A stretch of 40,682 bases of DNA from a virus (Duplodnaviria > Caudoviricetes): positions 1 through 40,682 of IMG/VR virus record IMGVR_UViG_3300030061_001844; one strand, written 5' to 3'. How positions within the stretch are numbered: position 1 is the first letter of the stretch; every line of letters begins with the position of its first letter. A model generated the notes under the pieces. The model searched no databases and was not told the origin of the DNA. It saw only the letters and a program-made list of their open reading frames with translations. Both the position numbers and the translations under genes were made by a program. Shown here piece by piece: positions 34,980 through 40,682 of this stretch.

Positions 34980-36360
34980 TTTGTCCGACGAAACAGCATT
35001 CATTGATGCTATTTTGAAAAATACAATTCAAGGAGCATCTTTTGGTGACGCGCCCAAACCTATTCAAGAAGGACAAGGCACAGCAAACGCTAATCCAACA
35101 CCACCTAAACCAAATGAAATCGAAGAAGAAGAAAATAAAAGAGAAATGGCTCAAGAAGTTGCTCAACAACTCAAGCGTTCTCAACCTAATGGTGATTGGT
35201 TCAACACTATGTTTGGTCGCAATGCTGGTGACTTAGTGAAGGATTTACGGATGGCGCGCCGTGTTAACAAAAGTATGCGCGATGCTATTGATGAAGCCAT
35301 TGATGCTATACGCATCGCAAAGAAACAAGAAGTCGAAGCAACTTTGCAATCAATAGAGTGGATTGGTAAGCACGACAAAACAGTTCGTAATTTAGGTATC
35401 AGCGACCGTGACCTCCAAGCATTGCGAAAACACGGCGTATCGCGAGAATACGCATTAAGAAGAGCGTGTGTTCAATGGGAAAAAGCCAACGACACTATCA
35501 GTAAATTACTTCTCATTGAAGGTGAGTTTGACGATAATCAACGACAGATGTGGGTTGATGCTCAACAACTCAAAAAGAACGCGAAAAAAGAGTGGAGGAA
35601 TTGTCTTCATTCTATTGACAACATCAAGAAGACTGATGCTATTTTCCTTGCAAAAGCCGCGAATATTCTTGAAGAGCGTGGTCCTTTACCAAGCAATGAG
35701 ATTTTCAACAGTATGCAAGGAACAACTCATTTAACAACTCAAAAACTATCATCTTTGTTTAAGATGCATGGTGTTGAATACGACATAGAGAAGGTTGGTG
35801 TTGGATGGGGACTTGTTCGCGACAACACTGTGATTTTCAAAGATGTATGGGCTTACGCCGCTGGTTTCCTCGACGCTGATGGCTACATCACTATCACTAA
35901 GCGTCTTGAACCAAGAGCAGGTTTCATCGCGACAGGTGAGCGAGGTAAGTTGCATTGTGAGCAATTACATAAAGCACTTGGGTGTGGCGTTCTTCAAACA
36001 GATTTAAAAATTCATAAAAACAGCAGACGAACACAACACCGCTTACAATTTTACAGCGAAAATGATTTGCGCAAATTGATGAAAGGTATTACAAAACATC
36101 TTCGTATGAAGAAAGGACAGGCCAATGCGGTCATTGAATTGCTCGATATGCGCGGTCGTAAAACTGACATTATCAAATCACGCCGCGACGAACTTTACCG
36201 TATTGTCAAATGGCTCAATTGGAAAGATGTTCCCGACAAGCGTGAAGAACTTTTGAAGGAGTGGAACATTGATGAGGTGGGAGTTCGTGCCATGTTTAGT
36301 CGGGACGGTGAAACCCTTCGTCTTCTTGACGATGCGAACCGACTTGTGGAGATGATGTAA
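34969..36360 (+). CDS. Helical/winged-helix protein fused to a C-terminal LAGLIDADG domain
   Basis: WAYAAGFLDADGYITI motif after about 290 aa of N-terminal region; AGGTGA RBS before TTG. Confidence 0.85.
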   Translation: MKIDLSDETAFIDAILKNTIQGASFGDAPKPIQEGQGTANANPTPPKPNEIEEEENKREMAQEVAQQLKRSQPNGDWFNTMFGRNAGDLVKDLRMARRVNKSMRDAIDEAIDAIRIAKKQEVEATLQSIEWIGKHDKTVRNLGISDRDLQALRKHGVSREYALRRACVQWEKANDTISKLLLIEGEFDDNQRQMWVDAQQLKKNAKKEWRNCLHSIDNIKKTDAIFLAKAANILEERGPLPSNEIFNSMQGTTHLTTQKLSSLFKMHGVEYDIEKVGVGWGLVRDNTVIFKDVWAYAAGFLDADGYITITKRLEPRAGFIATGERGKLHCEQLHKALGCGVLQTDLKIHKNSRRTQHRLQFYSENDLRKLMKGITKHLRMKKGQANAVIELLDMRGRKTDIIKSRRDELYRIVKWLNWKDVPDKREELLKEWNIDEVGVRAMFSRDGETLRLLDDANRLVEMM

Positions 36361-38210
36361 TGGCAGAAGAAAAGGGCTTAGTGGGGCGTTTCTTATCAAG
36401 ATTGACAAAGCCATTCAGTAGGCGAACAACACCCGAACCAATGATGCCTTTGTGGAAAACGGGCATACAAGAACCTGTCCTTGTTCAAGGTGTGTCAATT
36501 CCGGCACTTTACGCAACAGTTCAAGAATCTATTATTTTGCGAACAACCATCAATACACTATGTCAAGAGATTTTTCGTCGCGGGTATTATTGGGAAAAGA
36601 AATTTCACAAGAAATGCACAAACTGTGGTGAAGAATACCAACATGATACTGTTGAAGAATGTCGAATATGTGGGAATGAAGAGTTCGACAGCCCCGACGC
36701 TGACCAAATCATATATCCGCGTTGGTTGATGAAACAACGCAACAGTATGGACCAATCATTTATTGAAGTCATGAAAGAGATTGAATGGGACTTAGATATT
36801 GTCGATGACGCTTTTTTACTACTCATCAAAGAATATTTCATTGACCCAAAGACAGGTGAGATTGAATTTTTCCGCGTCAAAGAATTAGTTCGTGGTGACC
36901 CGACTTTCATGCGTATTGTTGCTGACAAAGCAGGTAAGCGCGGAGGGCGATACCTTCTGTGTCCTGTTCATCGCGACAAAACCTACCCACACAACGGCGA
37001 CCATCACAAGTGTGATGTTGACGGGTGTGGCTTACCTCTCCAAGATGTTCACTACATCAACACCGCTGGTAGCGGAAAGACGCAGTATTACATTGAGGGT
37101 GAAGTGTTGCACCTTTCTAAATTCAACCCGTCTAAGTTGTATGGTCGCTCACCAGTCGCAAGTATGTGGCGACAAGCACAATCACTCACAGCAATGGACA
37201 ATTACATTTACCTCGCGTATCAAAAGAGAAGAATACCACGCGGTGTTCTCGCAATCACCACTGATAATATCCAATCAACAGCATCTTTTTGGAAAGGTGC
37301 AGAAGAAAAAATGGAACGCGACCCTCATTATATCCCGAAAGTTGGTGTTGAATCAGCATCGGGGCGTGGTAAAGTTGAGTTTGTGCGTTTCATGGATAGT
37401 CTTGATGAGATGCAATACGCGCAAGTTCGTGATGAAATCCGAATGCGTATAGCGGCTTTCTATGGTGTATCTAATGTATTCATGATGGATGCTGGCAAAT
37501 CCGGCGGATTGAACAATGAAGGAATGCAAATACTTGTCACAAACCGCGCTGTTGAATCGGGACAAAAGTTGTATTCACGCGAATTGTTCCCAAGAATGCT
37601 TGACCAAATGGGTGTTGAAGATTGGTGTTTGACGCTATATCCAAATGAAGAAGAAGATGAGATTACAAGACTACGACGCGATGAACAAGAAGTGAACATT
37701 GCACAGCGTATGCAACAACTTGGTTTCTTACCGGAAATGACAGAAAACGGTGGAAGCGATATTCGATTTACTTATTCAAAACCCGACCCACAACAAGAAG
37801 CCATGCAACAACAAGGCGGTGCGATGGGCGGTGGAATGCCACCGGGCGGAATGCCGCCGGGTGGCGGTATGCCTCCACCTATGCCGCCGGGGGGCGGCGG
37901 GATACCTCCACAGGGTGGGGGCGCGATGATACCACCGGGGGTAGGGGCTTCTCCACCGGCTGGTGGAGCGTCCCCTCCGGGCGGTGGTCAAATCATGATG
38001 ATGGAGAAAGGTGGAGCCATAGGTCTTGGTGAAAGTCAAGGACTGCGCGACCGTGGACCTGCACCCATCAGTTCGGAAACTCAACAATCGGGTGCGCCTT
38101 CATCAAAGAAAAATCAACGCGGGAGCGAAAAGACACCATTAGAGCAAGCACTCGATAGTGTTCAAGCCGCGAAAGACCCTACAAGTAAAAACAAAGAGAG
38201 TGGTTTTTAG
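36360..38210 (+). CDS. Portal protein with Zn-ribbon insertions and Pro/Gly-rich tail
   Basis: Near terL; LYGRSPV, IPRGVL and IAAFYGVS portal-like motifs; CTNC..CRIC and CPVH..CDVDGC insertions. Confidence 0.85.
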   Translation: MAEEKGLVGRFLSRLTKPFSRRTTPEPMMPLWKTGIQEPVLVQGVSIPALYATVQESIILRTTINTLCQEIFRRGYYWEKKFHKKCTNCGEEYQHDTVEECRICGNEEFDSPDADQIIYPRWLMKQRNSMDQSFIEVMKEIEWDLDIVDDAFLLLIKEYFIDPKTGEIEFFRVKELVRGDPTFMRIVADKAGKRGGRYLLCPVHRDKTYPHNGDHHKCDVDGCGLPLQDVHYINTAGSGKTQYYIEGEVLHLSKFNPSKLYGRSPVASMWRQAQSLTAMDNYIYLAYQKRRIPRGVLAITTDNIQSTASFWKGAEEKMERDPHYIPKVGVESASGRGKVEFVRFMDSLDEMQYAQVRDEIRMRIAAFYGVSNVFMMDAGKSGGLNNEGMQILVTNRAVESGQKLYSRELFPRMLDQMGVEDWCLTLYPNEEEDEITRLRRDEQEVNIAQRMQQLGFLPEMTENGGSDIRFTYSKPDPQQEAMQQQGGAMGGGMPPGGMPPGGGMPPPMPPGGGGIPPQGGGAMIPPGVGASPPAGGASPPGGGQIMMMEKGGAIGLGESQGLRDRGPAPISSETQQSGAPSSKKNQRGSEKTPLEQALDSVQAAKDPTSKNKESGF

Positions 38211-38247
38211 CGATAGATTCAAAGGCGGGGCGGTCATGGCTTACGGC

Positions 38248-38595
38248 ATGAGCAACCTACTCAATAAGATGGACCCTATGGTGCGCAAACTTGAAACGGC
38301 AATGTCCGAGTTCAAAATTGCACTCGCAAACAACGACCTTGTATCAGCAGAACAATTCTTACGCAGTATCAATGCAACTGCTGATTACCTCGCTGATGAT
38401 GTCACCGCGATTTACAAATCACAGACAGGACAAAACGACCGTATTCTTGGTGTCAATGACCGATTTGCAGGTGGCGCACCTGTCATGCAATTCAATAGCA
38501 CTCAAGGTGTTATCGCGAAATCTCATGACCGACCTATGGGCTACATTGGACCGGACAGAATCGGTGGACATTTCAAGAAACAAGGACAGGTGTAA
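38248..38595 (+). CDS. Hypothetical protein (head module)
   Basis: Likely start ATG 38248 (or 38236) rather than inside the portal gene. Confidence 0.75.
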   Translation: MSNLLNKMDPMVRKLETAMSEFKIALANNDLVSAEQFLRSINATADYLADDVTAIYKSQTGQNDRILGVNDRFAGGAPVMQFNSTQGVIAKSHDRPMGYIGPDRIGGHFKKQGQV

Positions 38596-38597
38596 GC

Positions 38598-38942
38598 GTG
38601 TCCGACGATACGGATGCTATGGTGTTGATGAAAGCCCTCATCACCAAAATGGAATCTATGGATGCTGAACTTAACAATATGCGTAAAAGCATGAATACAC
38701 CGGAACTATTTCTCAAGCGTGCTGGATTCGTTCGCGCTAAAACACCTGCTAACCAAGATGTGTGGGGTGACCCACTACGCGGTGACCGAGATGATGTCAT
38801 ATCAAAAGCCGCGAATGCTATTGATGAAGCGGGGATGAGTATGCCTTCTTCAAACGAAGAATGGCATGAGATGGATTGGAGCGAAATTCACGCGATGGCT
38901 AACACAGCCGCGCAAGTTGAAGGAAGGAGGATTGACCAATGA
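38598..38942 (+). CDS. Hypothetical protein (head module)
   Basis: 114 aa; AGGTG RBS, GTG start. Confidence 0.8.
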   Translation: MSDDTDAMVLMKALITKMESMDAELNNMRKSMNTPELFLKRAGFVRAKTPANQDVWGDPLRGDRDDVISKAANAIDEAGMSMPSSNEEWHEMDWSEIHAMANTAAQVEGRRIDQ

Positions 38943-39292
38943 AGCCAATGAAAGTAGAAGCAGGTAAATACGCACCCGATGTTGATGAGATGATTGCAAA
39001 AGCGAATGAATTGCTCGCGAAAGTTGACAAAGAAACAAAAGAGTTTGGAACAGAAAGTGCTGACCTTTTTGCTAATGTCACAGGTAGTGAGCCTGTTCGC
39101 ACAGGATATTATGACACTAACCAACGAAGAATCACAGTTGAGGATGTAAAGCGCACACAACCTAAGAAAGAAGAAGTAAAGTTCAAGGACGCTAATCCTC
39201 ATGATAATGCTTTAGAAGCACATGAGAATAAAGCGGGTGACCCATCCGACAAGAATCCTCAAGGAGCATACAACCTCACTGATTATTCTTGA
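38939..39292 (+). CDS. Hypothetical protein (head module)
   Basis: 117 aa; GGAGG RBS and ATGA overlap. Confidence 0.8.
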   Translation: MKPMKVEAGKYAPDVDEMIAKANELLAKVDKETKEFGTESADLFANVTGSEPVRTGYYDTNQRRITVEDVKRTQPKKEEVKFKDANPHDNALEAHENKAGDPSDKNPQGAYNLTDYS

Positions 39293-39303
39293 GGTGATGA
39301 AGT

Positions 39304-40682
39304 GTGCGCGAAGATGCATTACAATACCATCAACGCGTAGTGAGTGAGTTCACTCATGCTTTAATCAACAAACAAGATGCTCGCGACGAAGCCGTTAATG
39401 TTCTGCTAAGTGCAAACAACTTGGAGAATCAAGGATACACGCGAATCCTTTTCAAGAAAAATGCTCAAAAATATATTGATGAATTACAACCCGAACTTCA
39501 AATTATGAATCCTTCAAGTCGAGGGATGGAACGCATTTTTTCCGGTGGTTCGACAATCCATGAACCTGCACCGTCGCGGCATCATAAAGCAAGACCTTTG
39601 TTTCACAGCGACGATTGGATTAAAGCAATGATGACCGGCGATGAAAAGAATATTGACGCGATGGTGAGATTGGCTATTGGTCGTCGTTTCGATGACACAA
39701 TACCAAACATCGCTGAACGCGGTGATGATATTGTTGGTCAACACTCTAAGTTCAAAACACTTAATCTTCATCCAGCGCGCAAAGGTGAAGTTGCCTATGG
39801 TGAAAAACCACTATGGCAACAACTCAACAGATACCTTTACGGTGATAAAGGCAAAAATGCTGAAAGACTCAACAAAGCGATGATAAAAACAGCAGAAGGG
39901 TTGCATCCTGTCCTCAAACAACAACACATGTTTGGCAATTGGCGGGGCAACAATGTCACCTTGATGACAATTTATAACCGCGGTAAAAAAGACTTCACCG
40001 AAGCATTTGGTGAACGCTACGGGAAAAATCACCCATTACTCGCTCATCGCCTACTTGATGAACATTTTATGCGCGTCAAGAATTGGGAAAACGAAGGTGT
40101 TCCTCGCGAAGAAATTTTCGATATATTATTCGATGACAACGGTATGCCAATTCAAGTAGGTGATGGCAAATCTCCTATTCAACAACTTCGTGAATTAGCG
40201 GATGGGTATAACGATACAAAAAGAAAACCAATCAAAGGACAAAGAAACTTTGGTCGCGTCGGTGACGATGTTCACCGTCTTGGTATCGCCATGCTCCCCT
40301 ATGATGAGATTTACAAAATTAAAAGATGGATGCTGGAAACGGGTGGTGGTGTTCAAGAAGACGGGTCAATTGATGACTCATTCATCAACAAAATTCTCGG
40401 ACCCGGTGCGCGAGGATACATGGCTAACCATGCTTATCTCATGGATAATATGTTGAATACTCTTTACGCGGGTGGCTCAAACAGAAACGGTATGAATCAT
40501 GTTTTACCAAATCGCTTCACAGAAAAAGGCGCACGCGAAGCAAAGCAAAATATTGACGAGAAGCACCAATTAGTAAGACAGAAGTTAGAAGAAAACAAAT
40601 GGGGTGCGCTTGATGATGACACCCTACAACGCTCTTTAGAAGGTGTTGACTTTAATCAAATGGTTAAACGATACGCAGATAA
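39304..40682 (+). CDS. Large hypothetical protein, N-terminal part; runs off the window
   Basis: Not in the ORF track. GAGGTGA RBS, GTG 39304, MREDALQYHQRVV...; the frame stays open to the window end. Confidence 0.85.
   Translation, partial: MREDALQYHQRVVSEFTHALINKQDARDEAVNVLLSANNLENQGYTRILFKKNAQKYIDELQPELQIMNPSSRGMERIFSGGSTIHEPAPSRHHKARPLFHSDDWIKAMMTGDEKNIDAMVRLAIGRRFDDTIPNIAERGDDIVGQHSKFKTLNLHPARKGEVAYGEKPLWQQLNRYLYGDKGKNAERLNKAMIKTAEGLHPVLKQQHMFGNWRGNNVTLMTIYNRGKKDFTEAFGERYGKNHPLLAHRLLDEHFMRVKNWENEGVPREEIFDILFDDNGMPIQVGDGKSPIQQLRELADGYNDTKRKPIKGQRNFGRVGDDVHRLGIAMLPYDEIYKIKRWMLETGGGVQEDGSIDDSFINKILGPGARGYMANHAYLMDNMLNTLYAGGSNRNGMNHVLPNRFTEKGAREAKQNIDEKHQLVRQKLEENKWGALDDDTLQRSLEGVDFNQMVKRYAD

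Larger units (their letters stand above)
1..40682. mobile_element. Segment of a tailed dsDNA virus genome (Caudoviricetes), probably infecting archaea
   Basis: Terminase large subunit and portal present; dense, overlapping (ATGA/TAATG) small ORFs; two divergent gene arms; no cellular housekeeping genes. The archaeal host is inferred from GGTGA/GGAGG RBS, a TTATAA promoter and a PCNA-like ORF. Confidence 0.93.

Noticed and set aside
32356-36360. Intein in the terminase or the LAGLIDADG ORF
   Set aside because: TerL is of normal length with contiguous motifs, and no intein terminal residues are evident.
1-40682. tRNA or rRNA genes, integrase, major capsid protein
   Set aside because: None recognisable by eye in this window; they may lie outside it.

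Overview
The window is a segment of a tailed dsDNA virus genome (Caudoviricetes). It is probably an archaeal virus of the marine Thermoplasmatota/Poseidoniales 'magrovirus' type; this host call is inference from GGAGG/GAGGTGA ribosome-binding sites, a TTATAA promoter, a PCNA-like ORF and a Zn-ribbon portal. Two divergent arms meet at a non-coding switch (15696-16155). The left arm (minus strand) is a tightly coupled run of early genes: a SNF2 helicase, an SF2 helicase, a DUF932-like protein, two pyrimidine-dimer-glycosylase-like paralogs, ART-like, SAP-domain and PCNA-like ORFs, and many small unknowns. The right arm (plus strand) holds a 2367-aa protein, a six-gene membrane/small-GTPase operon, large disordered proteins, the terminase large subunit, small basic or Cys-rich proteins, a LAGLIDADG fusion and the portal. 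The strongest candidates for new biology are: (1) an Arf/Rab-like small GTPase in an operon of membrane and Gln-rich proteins, possibly a viral membrane-remodelling or egress system; (2) a short acidic motif ending F-[DNS]-M that occurs 13 times in six unrelated proteins; (3) genome-wide CGCG enrichment, with 19 sites in about 265 bp at the strand switch, alongside apparent avoidance of other palindromes; (4) a conserved two-hairpin RNA-like element with covarying stems in two 3' UTRs. All family calls come from recognising motifs by eye; no database search was run.
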